Shown one piece after another: positions 20,043 to 31,073 of a stretch of 64,000 nucleotides of DNA. Positions within the stretch are counted from its first letter, which is position 1, and each line of letters opens with the position of its first letter. Source of the stretch: Thermoplasmata archaeon. Its GTDB lineage: Archaea; Thermoplasmatota; E2; JACPAO01; JAHFTW01. The notes beneath the pieces are model-generated. The model was not told the origin of the DNA. It saw only the letters and a program-made list of their open reading frames with translations, and searched no databases. The translations under genes and the position numbers were made by a program. The DNA is taken from the NCBI GenBank assembly GCA_034667725.1, contig JAXDQS010000003.1:192001-256000 (forward strand), given 5' to 3'.

Positions 20043-20660
20043 CTACGCGGAAACCACGAGATTGGGCACGTCCTTGATTTCCTCCGTGACGTGCGATTTG
20101 AATGCCGCAGCGACTGGACCGAACACTTCACGGTATGGCTTGGGGGGAAGGAAGGCGACCGCCGCAGCGTATTTTCGGCGAATGACGCCAAGGACAGTGG
20201 CTGTCCGAACACGCAAGTCCTGCTTGTGAGCCACGCTCGTCAACTCCGATAAGCGCATGTCGTAACTCACAATCTCGGGCAACGACTCATGGCGCCAATG
20301 CACAGGGTCAAACAACCTGCTGAGCGTAATTCGGTCAAAGTCTCGGCCTTCCGCCGCGCCGTTTGCGTTCAATAAATCGATGGTCCTCTGATGAGGCCTG
20401 GAGGAGCGGTAGGGTCGCTGCTTGGTGCAGCCTAGGATCAGAAGCACCGAGCCTAGGCTTGAATTCGGATACCGGTAATCGGATCGTTTGTTGGCTGGCG
20501 CCCCGCTTGCGGTTAGCCCCGCAGGCACAGTTCTCTTGTAGCGACGAGTTTCGTCCGCCAGTCGGCGTTCTCACGTAGCAAGATTGTGAAGCGCAAGTGC
20601 CGCAAGGACGTCGGACTTGTTGACTTGCTGTTCGCCAAGTCTCAACTTCCTTGGCAATCT
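20043..20660 (-). pseudogene. disrupted TGT/ArcS-like (DUF5591) gene remnant
   Basis: One frame reads DVLAALALHNLAT*ERRLADE..LLILGCTKQRPYRSSRPH..; TGA at 20571-20573; further 5' part missing. Confidence 0.55.
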
Positions 20661-20806
20661 GCGATTTGGTCAGCCCTTGCCTGGCCAGGCCCGCTATGCG
20701 GTGGAGCATCGCTTCATCCAGAAGGGGATGCGAGCCCCGCTTGATGGGCGGCGGTTGGGGCGCTTCCATGCCCGTTTGTGGGGCATGGGAATCCAAAAGC
20801 CTATAG

Positions 20807-20879
20807 TGGTCGAGCCGGGATTTGAACCCGGGTCGGAAGAGTGAGAGTCTTCCATGATTGGCCGCTACACTACTCGACC
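20807..20879 (-). tRNA. tRNA-Glu(CTC)
   Basis: GGTCGAG..GAAGA CT CTC AC TCTTC..TTCAAAT..CTCGACC A. Confidence 0.95.
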
Positions 20880-20940
20880 TGAGGCAGGCCCGTCCAGGGG
20901 CTGCAAGGGCGCGCGACTTGGCGACCTGATTTAACCCCTT

Positions 20941-21408
20941 TCACCAGGTGCGCGGCGGCTCCTCGTGGACTTCGAGGTAGACCTTGGCTTTCTTGCCGGT
21001 GGCGAGGCCGAAGCCGGCGTCGATGCTGGCCCAGTCCCAGGCGAGGCGTTCGCAGAGGCCGGCGAGCGAGCCGGGGCGTTCGGGGAGGATGACTTCGCGG
21101 ACCTCGCGGGCTTGGAAGTGGTAGGCGTTGGCGTCGAGGGCGTGCTTGGCGGCCTTGAGGTCGCGGGTGAGGAGCTGGACGCCGCCTTGGTTGGCGACGA
21201 AGCCTTCGAGGTTGACGCTGGCTTCGGCGAGGGCGCCGGCGAGGCGGGCGAGGGCGCCGCGTTCGTTGGGGAGGTGGACGTGCAGGAGGTGGAAGCCGGT
21301 GGCCTTGGAGCCCTTGGCCTGGACCGTGACGGGCTTGGCAGGCTTGGGGGCGGGCTTGGCGGCCTTCTTGGGCGGCGCGCGCTTGGGGGCGGCCTTGCGG
21401 GTGGGCAC
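20941..21408 (-). CDS. tandem ACT-domain protein with Lys/Pro-rich N-terminus
   Basis: LPNERGALARLAGALAEASVNL and LPERPGSLA ACT repeats. Confidence 0.75.
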   Translation of the reverse strand: MPTRKAAPKRAPPKKAAKPAPKPAKPVTVQAKGSKATGFHLLHVHLPNERGALARLAGALAEASVNLEGFVANQGGVQLLTRDLKAAKHALDANAYHFQAREVREVILPERPGSLAGLCERLAWDWASIDAGFGLATGKKAKVYLEVHEEPPRTW

Positions 21409-21455
21409 GTCCGTTTGGAGCCGGGCTTGCCGCAAGAGGGTTGTGGCCGGGAAGG

Positions 21456-24335
21456 CTACGCCGGCTTCTTCGGGCGCTTCGGCCGTGGCGCGACGGCGCC
21501 TTCCTCCAGCCGCTTCTTGGGGGTCAGCAAGGGCTTGAGGAAGCGGCCGGTGTGGCTGGCCTCGACCTGCGCGATCTCCTCGGGGGTGCCTTCGGCGACG
21601 ATGCGGCCGCCGGCGTCGCCGCCTTCGGGGCCGAGGTCGATGACCCAGTCGCTGCACTTGACGACGTCGAGGTTGTGCTCAATGACCACCACGGAATTGC
21701 CGGCGTCCACCAGGCGTTGCAGGACGCCCAAGAGGTGCTGGATGTCGTGGACGTGCAGGCCGGTGGTGGGCTCGTCGAGGATGTAGAGGGTGCGTCCGGT
21801 GCCGCGCTTGGCGAGCTCGGTGGCCAGCTTGACGCGCTGGGCCTCGCCGCCGGAGAGCTGGGTGGCGGGCTGGCCGAGGCGGATGTAGCCCAATCCCACG
21901 TCGTGGATGGTCTGGAGCTTGTTCCGGATCTGCGGGAGGTTCTCGAAGAACCCGAGCGCCTCCTCGACGCTGAGGTCTAGCACTTCGCGGATGTTCTTGC
22001 CCTTGTAGCGGACCTGGAGGGTCTCCTTGTTGTAGCGGGCGCCCTTGCAGACCTCGCACGGGACGTAGACGTCGGGGAGGAAGTGCATCTCGATCTTGAC
22101 GACGCCGTCGCCTTCGCACGCCTCGCAGCGGCCGCCCTTGACGTTGAAGCTGAAGCGGCCGGTCTTGTAGCCACGGTTCTTGGCGTCGGCCGTCATGGCG
22201 AACAGGTCGCGGATCGGGGTCCAGACGCCGGTGTAGGTGGCGGGGTTCGAGCGCGGGGTGCGGCCGATGGGCGACTGGTCGATGTCGATGACCTTGTCCA
22301 CGTGCTGCAGGCCGAGGATGCCGCCGTGCTTGCCGGGCTTCTCGCCGCCGACGTAGCCGAGCTGCTTGAGCGCGGCCTTGTGCAGCGTCTCGTTGATGAG
22401 GGTGGACTTGCCGGAGCCGGACACGCCGGTCACCGCGACGAACACGCCGAGCGGGATGTCGACGTTGATGGCCTTGAGGTTGTTCTCCTCGGCCTTCAGG
22501 ATCCGGATGGCCCGGCCCGGCGTCGGCTCGCGCCGGCTCGGGGGCACGGCGATGGCGAGCTTGCCCGCGAGGTACTGGCCGGTGAGCGACTTGGTGCTGC
22601 GCGCGACCTCGGCGGGCGTCCCCGCCGCCATCAGCTGCCCGCCGTGCTCGCCGGCGCCGGGGCCGAGGTCGATGAGCCAGTCGGCTTCGCGCATGGTGTC
22701 CTCGTCGTGCTCGACCACCAGCACCGTGTTCTCCAGGTCCCGCAGGCGGCGCAGGGTCGCGAGCAGGCGGTGGTTGTCGCGCTGGTGCAAGCCGATGCTG
22801 GGCTCGTCGAGGACGTAGAGCACGCCTTGCAGGCCGGACCCGATCTGGGAGGCGAGGCGGATGCGCTGCGACTCGCCGCCGGACAGGGTGCCGGAGGCGC
22901 GGTCGAGGTTGAGGTAGCTGAGGCCGACGTCGTCGAGGAAACGGAGGCGCTCGACGATCTCCTTGAGGATCTCCTTGGCGACCTTGTTCTCGCGCTCCGT
23001 GAGGTGGCTGGGCAGATCGCGGAACCAGGCCAGGCTGGCGTTGACCGGGAAGCGGGTGGACTCGATGATGGACTTGCCGTGGACCTTGACGGCAAGCACC
23101 TCGGGCTTGAGGCGCCAGCCTTTGCAGCCGGCGCACGGACGCTCCGACATGAAGGCGGCGATGCGTTCCTTGGCCTTGTCGGACTCGGACTCGCGCATGA
23201 GGCGCTGCATCCGGGTGGACAGGCCTTCCCAGCTGGACTCGTTGCCCCAGCGGGTCGGGATGCCTTCCGGGCTGCCGTAGAGGACGATCTCCTTGTGCGC
23301 GGGCGGCAGCTTGGCCCAGGGAACGTCGACGCTGACGCCGAGGGTGTCGCAGACGTGGGCGAGCCAGCGGCCCATCCAGCTCTTCATGATGAAGACCTCG
23401 GAGTCGAAGCAGCCTTGGCGGATGGTGCGGTTCTTGTCCTTGACGATCTTGTCCTCGTCGGGCTGCATCGAGAAGCCCAGGCCCGAGCAGGTGGCGCAGG
23501 CGCCGTGCGGGGCGTTGAACGAGAACATGCGCGGCGTGAGCTCCGCGAGGATCGAGCCGTGGTCGGGGCAGCCGAACGACTCGGAGTAGAGGTGCTCGCC
23601 GTCCTCGGTCCACACCGTCACGAGGCCTTCGGCGGCCTTGAGCCCCGTTTCCAGGGCGTCGGTGAGGCGCTCCTCGAACGCCTCGCCGTCGGGGCCTTGC
23701 TTCTTGACCGCCAGCCGGTCCACGACGATGTCGATCGAGTGCTTGTAGGTCTTCTCGAGCTTCCAGTTGTCCTCGACCTCGCCGAACTTGCCGTCGACGC
23801 GGACACGGGTGTAGCCCTGCGCCTTGAGGTCGGCCCAGAGCCGCTGGTACTCGCCCTTGCGGTCGCGCACGACGGGGGCGAGGATCTGGAGCTTGGCGCC
23901 CTCGGGCAGGCCCTTGGTCTCGGCGACGATCTGGTCCACCGACATCTTGCCGATGGGGCGGTCGCACTTGGGGCAGTACGGGGTGCCGACGTGGGCCCAC
24001 AGCAGGCGCAGGTAGTCGTAGATCTCCGTGGTGGTGCCGACGGTGGAGCGCGGGTTCTTGGAGGTGGTCTTCTGGTCGATGGAGATGGCGGGCGACAGGC
24101 CCTCGATGTGATCGACCTCGGGCTTCTTCATCTGGCCCAGGAACTGGCGGGCGTAGGCGGACAGCGACTCGACGTAGCGCCGCTGGCCTTCCGCGTAGAT
24201 GGTGTCGAAGGCGAGCGACGACTTGCCGGAGCCGGACAGGCCGGTCACGACGACCAGCTTGCCGCGGGGAATCTCGACGTCGATGCCCTTGAGGTTGTGC
24301 TCGCGCGCGCCGCGGACGATAATGGAACCGGACAT
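21456..24335 (-). CDS. uvrA: excinuclease ABC subunit A
   Basis: GAREHNLK; two Walker A ([16 protein letters not shown]); LSGGE signatures; Zn fingers. Confidence 0.98.
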   Translation of the reverse strand: MSGSIIVRGAREHNLKGIDVEIPRGKLVVVTGLSGSGKSSLAFDTIYAEGQRRYVESLSAYARQFLGQMKKPEVDHIEGLSPAISIDQKTTSKNPRSTVGTTTEIYDYLRLLWAHVGTPYCPKCDRPIGKMSVDQIVAETKGLPEGAKLQILAPVVRDRKGEYQRLWADLKAQGYTRVRVDGKFGEVEDNWKLEKTYKHSIDIVVDRLAVKKQGPDGEAFEERLTDALETGLKAAEGLVTVWTEDGEHLYSESFGCPDHGSILAELTPRMFSFNAPHGACATCSGLGFSMQPDEDKIVKDKNRTIRQGCFDSEVFIMKSWMGRWLAHVCDTLGVSVDVPWAKLPPAHKEIVLYGSPEGIPTRWGNESSWEGLSTRMQRLMRESESDKAKERIAAFMSERPCAGCKGWRLKPEVLAVKVHGKSIIESTRFPVNASLAWFRDLPSHLTERENKVAKEILKEIVERLRFLDDVGLSYLNLDRASGTLSGGESQRIRLASQIGSGLQGVLYVLDEPSIGLHQRDNHRLLATLRRLRDLENTVLVVEHDEDTMREADWLIDLGPGAGEHGGQLMAAGTPAEVARSTKSLTGQYLAGKLAIAVPPSRREPTPGRAIRILKAEENNLKAINVDIPLGVFVAVTGVSGSGKSTLINETLHKAALKQLGYVGGEKPGKHGGILGLQHVDKVIDIDQSPIGRTPRSNPATYTGVWTPIRDLFAMTADAKNRGYKTGRFSFNVKGGRCEACEGDGVVKIEMHFLPDVYVPCEVCKGARYNKETLQVRYKGKNIREVLDLSVEEALGFFENLPQIRNKLQTIHDVGLGYIRLGQPATQLSGGEAQRVKLATELAKRGTGRTLYILDEPTTGLHVHDIQHLLGVLQRLVDAGNSVVVIEHNLDVVKCSDWVIDLGPEGGDAGGRIVAEGTPEEIAQVEASHTGRFLKPLLTPKKRLEEGAVAPRPKRPKKPA

Positions 24336-24637
24336 TCTTTCCCTCACGCGATGGAAACTGCGTGCGGAAGCTTTCGCCCCCGAGTGGTTTTTCTCGACGG
24401 GAGGCGTCTCTTTCAGGGTTTGGGACGGGGTAGGTGAAGGTTCGTCGCTCAAGCCTTGCCCTTTGGCCCCTAGTCTCAATAGGCGGCCCGGTTCGGGCAG
24501 AAGCCTCCCCGCTGGCCAGCTTTATCCCTGGTGGGTGGATCGCACGGCATGGCCGTCCCCTTCCCGTCCACCGCGGACCGGACGGCCGCCAGGCGCGCGG
24601 AGGCCCTCCCATGGGACCGCGCCTGACCCTGCCCACG

Positions 24638-25267
24638 ATGACAGGCTGGGAGGTGGCCGTCCTCCACGAGCTCGGCGGCCGCACCAGCCAGCAGGACGCC
24701 TGGGCCTGCCTGCCCGCGACCCCGTTCGCCGGCGCCACCGCCGACGTGTTCGCCGTGTTCGACGGGCTCGGCGGCCTGCCGCGCGGCGCCGACGCGGCCG
24801 ACGCCTGCGCCAAAGGCCTGGCCGCCGTGCTGCAGGCCTGCCCGTCGCTGGAGCGCGCCATGCAGGCGCTCGACGCCGCCGCCCGCGCGACCGGCGGCGC
24901 CACCACCGCGACGCTGCTGGCGGTCGCGCCCGACGGCCGCGGCCAGGTCGCCACCGTCGGCGACTCCTCCGCCTACCACCTGCGCGACGGCCTGCTCGAC
25001 CTGCTGGTGCCCGGCGGCCGGGCGGCCACCGGCGCCGTCACCTCGGCCCTCGGCCGCGGCGGCGCGCCCCGCCTCGCGTCTTTCACTGCGAAGCCCGGCG
25101 ACACGGTGGCGGCCGCGACCGACGGCGTCGGCGACTTCTTCGCGCCGCTGCACCTGGAGCGCCTGCTGGCCCGCGCCCCCGCCGAGGCGGCGCAGGCGGC
25201 GTGGGCCGAGGTGCGGCGCCGCGGCGCGCCCGACAACGCCACCCTGGTGGTCGCGAGGCGGGCATGA
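24638..25267 (+). CDS. PP2C/PPM-family protein phosphatase
   Basis: [23 protein letters not shown]. Confidence 0.8.
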   Translation: MTGWEVAVLHELGGRTSQQDAWACLPATPFAGATADVFAVFDGLGGLPRGADAADACAKGLAAVLQACPSLERAMQALDAAARATGGATTATLLAVAPDGRGQVATVGDSSAYHLRDGLLDLLVPGGRAATGAVTSALGRGGAPRLASFTAKPGDTVAAATDGVGDFFAPLHLERLLARAPAEAAQAAWAEVRRRGAPDNATLVVARRA

Positions 25268-25725
25268 AGGTCCGCCGCGCCGGCCCCGCCGACTTCGACG
25301 CGGTGCGCCCGCTGGTGGCGCTGCTGCACGCCCACGAGGAGCTGCCGCCGGCGCCCGAGACCGACCATGCGCTGCGGCGGCTCCTGGCCAACCCGCGGCT
25401 GGGCCGCGTCCTGGTGGGCGAGGACGACACCGGCGCCCTGCTTGGCTACGTCGTGCTGGGCTTCGGCTTCAGCCTGGAGTTCCACGGCACCGACGCCTTC
25501 GTCGACGAGCTGTTCGTGCTGGAGGCGCACCGCGGCCACGGCGTCGGCGCCCTGCTGATGGCGGCGGCGGAGGGCGAGTGCCGCAGCATCGGCATCCACG
25601 CGCTGCACCTGGAGGTCACGCACGCCAACCCGGCCGCGGCGCTGTACGAGCGGCAGGGCTACAAGCGGCACCAGCGGCACCTCATGACGAAGTGGCTGGC
25701 CAAGGACGGGCACGACCCGGACTAG
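25264..25725 (+). CDS. GNAT family N-acetyltransferase
   Basis: [22 protein letters not shown]; ATGA overlap. Confidence 0.88.
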   Translation: MKVRRAGPADFDAVRPLVALLHAHEELPPAPETDHALRRLLANPRLGRVLVGEDDTGALLGYVVLGFGFSLEFHGTDAFVDELFVLEAHRGHGVGALLMAAAEGECRSIGIHALHLEVTHANPAAALYERQGYKRHQRHLMTKWLAKDGHDPD

Positions 25726-26840
25726 GGGCCGGTCGCCGCGTCCCGCGTCCCCGACAGCAGCCGCACCATGCGCGTCTCGTTCCAGCCCGTGACGACCCGG
25801 ATGTGCTTGGGCGCCGAGGCGTCGAGCTCCGCGTCGCCGGTGTCGATGTGCAGCCCCTTGAGGCCGGTGAGCTTCTCCGGTGGCGCGATGACCTGCACGT
25901 TGTCCCAGCCCACGGCCTTGAGCACGTCGGGCCGGAACACTTGCGTGCCGCGGCCGAGCAGCATCCCCTGGCCGCCGATGGTGGACAGCACGATGCGGAC
26001 CTTGCCGTTCTTGGCAAGCTGCGCCTGCGCCATCTCGGCGATGCGGCGGTCGTCGAGGTCGGTGGCGACGATGCGCGAGCCCTGGATGGCGTCCACGCCC
26101 AGGAGAGTGGGCTTGCCCCAGAACTGCGACTTGACGGCGACGCACACCGAGCCGGCGCCGACGAAGTGGAGCGCGTCCGGGTCCCAGTCGCGCAGCACCT
26201 GCTCCACCAGCGGCTCCAGCGGCGTCTCGACCGAGGTGGCCACCTTGCCCTGCTGGATGGCGGGCGACAGCGGGACGCGCAGGCTGCCCTTGAGCTCGAT
26301 GTCCACGCTGCCCTTGCGGTAGGCCACCTCGTCGAGGTCGGTGACGTCGCGCAGGATGGTCTCGAAGCCCGGCGCAAGGTGCGCCACCAGCCACGCCGCC
26401 TCGGCCACGTCGTGGGTGTAGACGGCGCTCGTGATCTTGACGCCGGCGGGCACGCCGAGGCACGGGACGCTGGTGCCGACGGCCCGGCTCACGTCGGTGG
26501 CGGTGCCGTCGCCGCCGAGGAAGCACAGCAGGTCGACCTTGGCGTCCCGGAGCGCGACGGCGGCGCGCTGGGTGTCGAGGTGGGAGGTGGCGCCCAGCTC
26601 CAGCTTGGCGGCCTCCATCACAAGGCGGGCGCCGGGCACGAGGTCGCCGCCCATGGCGCCGGGCACGGTCCACCATTCGACCGCGTCGCCGACCAGGCCG
26701 ACGAAGCGGCGGGCGCGCTCCGGCGCGGTGGGCGCGTAGCCGTGCTCCAAGGCGTCCTTCCAGCCGGTGTCGGAGCCCTTGTAGCCTCCCGGCCCCCCGA
26801 GCCCCGCGACGGGGTTCACCAGGAGGCCGGCCCGGAGCAC
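25722..26840 (-). CDS. ATP-NAD kinase family protein
   Basis: [36 protein letters not shown]. Confidence 0.85.
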   Translation of the reverse strand: MLRAGLLVNPVAGLGGPGGYKGSDTGWKDALEHGYAPTAPERARRFVGLVGDAVEWWTVPGAMGGDLVPGARLVMEAAKLELGATSHLDTQRAAVALRDAKVDLLCFLGGDGTATDVSRAVGTSVPCLGVPAGVKITSAVYTHDVAEAAWLVAHLAPGFETILRDVTDLDEVAYRKGSVDIELKGSLRVPLSPAIQQGKVATSVETPLEPLVEQVLRDWDPDALHFVGAGSVCVAVKSQFWGKPTLLGVDAIQGSRIVATDLDDRRIAEMAQAQLAKNGKVRIVLSTIGGQGMLLGRGTQVFRPDVLKAVGWDNVQVIAPPEKLTGLKGLHIDTGDAELDASAPKHIRVVTGWNETRMVRLLSGTRDAATGP

Positions 26841-26896
26841 TTACCGCTCCAGGCGGTCCGTGCCGTGCGCGTCGCGCTGCCAGCAGCCGACCGGAG

Positions 26897-28375
26897 TCAT
26901 GCTGCCTCCAGTCGGCTTAGTGTGTGCCACCGCAGCACGAGCTTGCGGGCGGCGGTGGCCTCGTCGAGGCGCTTGACCGGTGTCGTGTGCGGGGCGGCGT
27001 GGACGAGGGCGGGGTCTTCCTTCGCGATGGCCTGGACGGCGGCGACGAAGCGGTCCAGCTCGCTCCGGCTGGCGGACTCGGTCGGCTCGAACATGATGGC
27101 CTCGGGCACCAGGAGGGGGAAGTAGACGGTGGGCGCGTGCAGGCCGTAGTCCAGGAGGCGCTTGCCGACGTCGCCGGCGGTGATGCCGGTGCGCTTCTTC
27201 AGGCCCGACGCGGAGGCGACGAACTCGTGCATGGAGCGGCCGGGGTGCGGGAAGTCCAGCACGCCCGTGAGCTTGGCCTTGACGTAGTTGGCGTTGAGGC
27301 AGGCGATCTCGGCGGCCCGGGTGATTCCAGGTCCGCCTAGCATGCACATGTAGCTGTAGGCGCGCACAAGCGCGGCGCCTTGGCCGTAGCCGGCCTTGAT
27401 TTTGCCGACCGACTGGGGGTGCCGGTCCATGTCCTCGGCGGCGAAGGTGCCGTCCGACTTCTTGGCGATGCGCGGCACCGGCAGGAACGCCTCCAGCCGC
27501 TTCTTGACGCCGATGGGGCCGGCGCCGGGGCCGCCGCCGCCGTGGGGCACGGCGAAGGTCTTGTGGAGGTTGATGTGGACGATGTCGAAGCCCATGTCGC
27601 CGGGGCGCGCCTGGCCCGTGATGGCGTTGAGGTTGGCGCCGTCGTAGTAGAGCAGGGCGCCGGCGTCGTGCACCATCTTCTGGATCTGCTGGATGTTCTT
27701 CTCGAAGATGCCCACGGTGTTCGGGTTGGTGAGCATGAACGCCGCCGTCCTGGGGCCGATCGCGCCCTGGAGGGCCTGCAGGTCCACCAGCCCGTCCGGG
27801 CCGGAGGCGATCTCGACCACCTTGTAGCCCGCCATCGACGCCGTCGCGGGGTTGGTGCCGTGGGCGGTGTCGGGAAGGATGACCTCGTCGCGGTGACCCT
27901 CGCCGCGCGACTCATGGTAGGCACGGGCGACCAGCAGGCCGAGGAACTCGCCTTGGGCGCCGGCGGCGGGCTGGAGCGACACGGCGTCCATGCCGGTGAC
28001 CTCCGCGAGCCAGCGCTCCAGCTCGAAGAAAATCTCCAGGCTGCCCTGGATGGTGCGCGGGTCCTGGGAGGGATGCACCAGGTTGACGGTGCTGAGGCCG
28101 GCGACCTCGTCGCACGCCTTCGGGTTGTGCTTCATCGTGCACGATCCGAGCGGGTAGAGCGCGGTGTCGTTGCCGAAGTTCTTTTGACTCAGCTTGGTGA
28201 AGTGCGCAACCGCCTGCGGCTCGCTGAGGCCGAAGTCGCGCTCGGTGCCGGGCGCGAACTGCAGCTCTTTCGGGACGCGGGCGGCGAGGCGCTCGTCGGC
28301 GGGGCCTTGGTTGGTGCCGGTCTGGCCGGGACGGGCCTCCTCGACCACGAGCGGGACCTCGTGCGGGATGATCAT
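26897..28375 (-). CDS. gcvPB: glycine dehydrogenase subunit 2
   Basis: PLGSCTMK, AHGTNPA, YDGAN, HINLHKTF..PHGGGGPG, EPTES. Confidence 0.96.
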   Translation of the reverse strand: MIIPHEVPLVVEEARPGQTGTNQGPADERLAARVPKELQFAPGTERDFGLSEPQAVAHFTKLSQKNFGNDTALYPLGSCTMKHNPKACDEVAGLSTVNLVHPSQDPRTIQGSLEIFFELERWLAEVTGMDAVSLQPAAGAQGEFLGLLVARAYHESRGEGHRDEVILPDTAHGTNPATASMAGYKVVEIASGPDGLVDLQALQGAIGPRTAAFMLTNPNTVGIFEKNIQQIQKMVHDAGALLYYDGANLNAITGQARPGDMGFDIVHINLHKTFAVPHGGGGPGAGPIGVKKRLEAFLPVPRIAKKSDGTFAAEDMDRHPQSVGKIKAGYGQGAALVRAYSYMCMLGGPGITRAAEIACLNANYVKAKLTGVLDFPHPGRSMHEFVASASGLKKRTGITAGDVGKRLLDYGLHAPTVYFPLLVPEAIMFEPTESASRSELDRFVAAVQAIAKEDPALVHAAPHTTPVKRLDEATAARKLVLRWHTLSRLEAA

Positions 28376-28407
28376 CAGCGACACGCCGGGAGTAGGCGTC
28401 TTGAGGG

Positions 28408-29760
28408 TCAAGCGAGGACCCCCTTGAGCGACGGCATCACGGCGCGGGTGAGGCGCTGGTAGTCCTCCTCCATGTGGACCGGCGACGCGCCCCACAGCAG
28501 GCAGTTCCGCAGCTTCGGCACGTCGCGCTCCAGGCCCCAGCCGACGTGGACGCCCTCCTTGAGCGCCTTCTCGTGCAGCGCCTTTGGGTCTTGGACATGG
28601 GTGACCAATTCGTTGTAGAACTGCCCGGAGAAGCGGGGGCGCAATCCGGCGGCGGCAAGCGCGGACTCCAGCCGGGCGCCGGCCTCCAGGTTCTGCAAGC
28701 CCATGGTGCGCAATCCGGTGCGGCCGAGCATCGTGAGGTGGATGGCCGCCTGGTTGGCGATCAGCGCCTCGTTGGAGCAGATGTTGGAGGTCGCCTTGCT
28801 GCGCCGGATGTGCTGCTCGCGCGCCTGGAGCGTCATGACGAAGCCGCGCTTGCCGGCCTCGTCCTTGGTGGCGCCGATGATGCGGCCCGGCATCTTCCGC
28901 ACCAGCGCCTCGGTCGCGCAGAACACGCCGAGAAGCGGGCCGCCGAGGGCAGGGGCGCCGCCGAAGCAGGAGCCCTCCGCCACCACGATGTCGGCGCCCA
29001 GCCTGCCGGGCGGGGTCGCAACACCCATGCTCGTGAGGTCCACGCCCATGACGAACAGCGCGCCGGCCGCGTGCGCCAATTCGCCGGCCTTCTTCGCCTC
29101 CGCCTCGAACACGCCGAAGTGGTTCGGGTTCTCCAGGTACACGCCGGCGACGTCGGGGCCGAGCTTGGCCTGGAGGCTCCCGAGGTCGGCGCGGCCGGTC
29201 TTGTCGTCGTAGCCGTAGGACTCCACCGTGATGCCGGGGCCGACGGTGTAGTTCCGGAGGATGCTGCGCTTCTCCCAGCCCATGTGCTCCGGGACCAGGA
29301 ACCTCATGCGGCCGGTGTGGCGGGTGGCCATCAGGGCGGCCTCGCCGAGGGAGGTCGGATGGTCGTACATGCCCGCGTTCGACACCTCCATCCCGGTGAT
29401 GTCGCACATCAGCGACTGGTACTCGAAGATCACTTGCAGCAGGCCCTGCGACACCTCCGGCTGGTACGGCGTGTAGGAGGTGATGAACTCCTGCCGGTGC
29501 GCCACCGCCTTGACGGCCGCGGGGACCATCTGGGGCTTGAGGCCGCCGCCCAGGAACACCGCCATGCGCTCGTAGGACTGGTTCTTCGCCAGCAGGGTCC
29601 GCAGCCGGCGCACCATGTGCCGCTCGGGCTCGGCGACCGGCAGCCGCAGCGGCTTGGCGCGCACCGCGGCGGGGATGTCCGAGAACAGGTCCTGGGCCGT
29701 GGCAACTCCGGCCACGCGGGCCATCTCGGCCTCCAACGCATGGTTGGGGATGAGGTGCAC
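28408..29760 (-). CDS. gcvPA: glycine dehydrogenase subunit 1
   Basis: YTPYQPEVSQG, REQHIRRSKATSNICSN; GTG start chosen (ATG at 29808 is an alternative). Confidence 0.95.
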   Translation of the reverse strand: MHLIPNHALEAEMARVAGVATAQDLFSDIPAAVRAKPLRLPVAEPERHMVRRLRTLLAKNQSYERMAVFLGGGLKPQMVPAAVKAVAHRQEFITSYTPYQPEVSQGLLQVIFEYQSLMCDITGMEVSNAGMYDHPTSLGEAALMATRHTGRMRFLVPEHMGWEKRSILRNYTVGPGITVESYGYDDKTGRADLGSLQAKLGPDVAGVYLENPNHFGVFEAEAKKAGELAHAAGALFVMGVDLTSMGVATPPGRLGADIVVAEGSCFGGAPALGGPLLGVFCATEALVRKMPGRIIGATKDEAGKRGFVMTLQAREQHIRRSKATSNICSNEALIANQAAIHLTMLGRTGLRTMGLQNLEAGARLESALAAAGLRPRFSGQFYNELVTHVQDPKALHEKALKEGVHVGWGLERDVPKLRNCLLWGASPVHMEEDYQRLTRAVMPSLKGVLA

Positions 29761-29869
29761 GCGCGCGCGAGCCAAGGCCGGCTCATAAGGCGTGGCCTGG
29801 GCCGCCATCGGAGGCCAGGGAAGGGCTGCGCTCGCCAGCTTCAAGTGCTTCCTGGCGTGCTCGCCCCGC

Positions 29870-30931
29870 GTGCGTCCCTTGCCCGTCTTCGTCCTGCTCC
29901 TGGCCGCGGCCGCCGCGGGCTGCGTCACGCCGGAGCCCGTGCAAGACCTGCGCCCCGACGTTGCCGTCCTCCTCCCCGCCGACTGCGCCGCCCTCGGCTG
30001 GCGTTGCACCGACGCGCCGGAGGAGATGGTCGTGCAAGGGCTCGACCTCCGCCCGACGGGGCAGGAGACCGTCGGCATCTGGATCGAGGGCCTCACGAAA
30101 CCCCTCCTGCTGCACGACGTCACGGTGGCAGGGTTCGCAAGCGGCGTCCACGTGGGCCCCTCGGCGTGCTCCGCCTGCCCGGTCCGCCTGCGCCAGGTCC
30201 ACCTGCTTGGCCCCGCCCCGGAGGGCCCCCTCGACCTCTCCGACCCCCTCTCCATCGGCGTCCTCGACGAAGGCGGCGCCGGCGACCTCGAGCTTTCGGA
30301 CATGGAGGTGCGAGGCTACCGCATCGGCATCGCCGCCACCCCCTTGCACGAAGGCCCCGTCCGCGGCAAGCTCGGCCTGGAGCGCGTGGACGTCACCTGC
30401 GGGATGCTGGGCGTCTACGCCGCCGCCCAGCGCATCGAGACGGTGGACGTGCAGGTCCGCGGCTGCTCCGAAGGCCTTGGCCTGCAGGCGCTCGGTGCCT
30501 CCACCCTGGCCGGCGGGTCCGCCACCGGCAGCGACGTCGGCGCGCGGCTCTCGGGCGACTGGCGCGTCACCGGCTTCGAGGCCAGCGGCAACCGCCTGGG
30601 CATCGTCCACCACGAGGGGCTCCTGGACGCCGAGGGCCTCACCATCACCGGCAACGGTGCTGCCGACGACCCCTTGTCGGGCGGCCTGGTGTCGACCGGC
30701 TCCGGCTCGGTGCACGGCTCCACCCTCGCGGGCAACCTGGGCGTCGCCCTCCAAGCCAGCGTCACCGACCTGCCCGAGGGCGAGGCGCGCACCTTTGACG
30801 CCACCGGCAACTGGTGGGGCGCCGCCACCGGCCCGACGCCGCATCCCGCGCGGGCGCCCGGGCTCGGCGACTCGTTCTCCGGCCCCGTGGAGGTCGTGCC
30901 GTTCCTGGCCGCGCCGCCCGCTAGTGCCTGA
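29870..30931 (+). CDS. lipoprotein with right-handed beta-helix repeats
   Basis: AAGC lipobox; Gly/Asn ladder; FDATGNWWG cap motif. Confidence 0.65.
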   Translation: MRPLPVFVLLLAAAAAGCVTPEPVQDLRPDVAVLLPADCAALGWRCTDAPEEMVVQGLDLRPTGQETVGIWIEGLTKPLLLHDVTVAGFASGVHVGPSACSACPVRLRQVHLLGPAPEGPLDLSDPLSIGVLDEGGAGDLELSDMEVRGYRIGIAATPLHEGPVRGKLGLERVDVTCGMLGVYAAAQRIETVDVQVRGCSEGLGLQALGASTLAGGSATGSDVGARLSGDWRVTGFEASGNRLGIVHHEGLLDAEGLTITGNGAADDPLSGGLVSTGSGSVHGSTLAGNLGVALQASVTDLPEGEARTFDATGNWWGAATGPTPHPARAPGLGDSFSGPVEVVPFLAAPPASA

Positions 30932-31073
30932 GCCCGAACGGCAGCAGCGCCACCGGGAACAGGAAGAACACCCAGAGGCCGTTCTCGCCTTGCAGGGTCA
31001 GCACCACGGACACGACGGCGGTCAGCACGAGCATGGCCAGCGCCACCAGCGCCCGCCACGTCCCGCGCCGCAT
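30921..31073 (-). CDS. small 2-TM membrane protein
   Basis: MRRGTWRALVALAMLVL..; start overlaps the gcvH stop. Confidence 0.55.
   Translation of the reverse strand: MRRGTWRALVALAMLVLTAVVSVVLTLQGENGLWVFFLFPVALLPFGLRH

Larger units (their letters stand above)
17222..20823. mobile_element. tRNA-Glu-integrated genomic islet, no integrase visible
   Basis: Direct repeat ggtcgagccgg(a/g)attt at 17222-17237 and 20808-20823 (15/16 identical; tRNA 3' end); interior visibly AT-richer (line 17941 is 27/60 GC). Confidence 0.8.

Noticed and set aside
20571-20573. In-frame TGA as selenocysteine or programmed readthrough
   Set aside because: More stops lie upstream in the same frame and no SECIS-like evidence was seen; decay is simpler
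20335-20796. ORF next to tRNA-Glu as an integrase fragment
   Set aside because: Only a short HTH-like stretch, no tyrosine or serine recombinase motifs; the rest overlaps the DUF5591-like remnant
21679-24954. Very long Arg/Pro/Gly-rich alternative-frame and antisense ORFs (also 36352-39900, 36284-39229, 49328-52075)
   Set aside because: Shadow ORFs caused by high GC; they overlap well-supported genes and show no motifs
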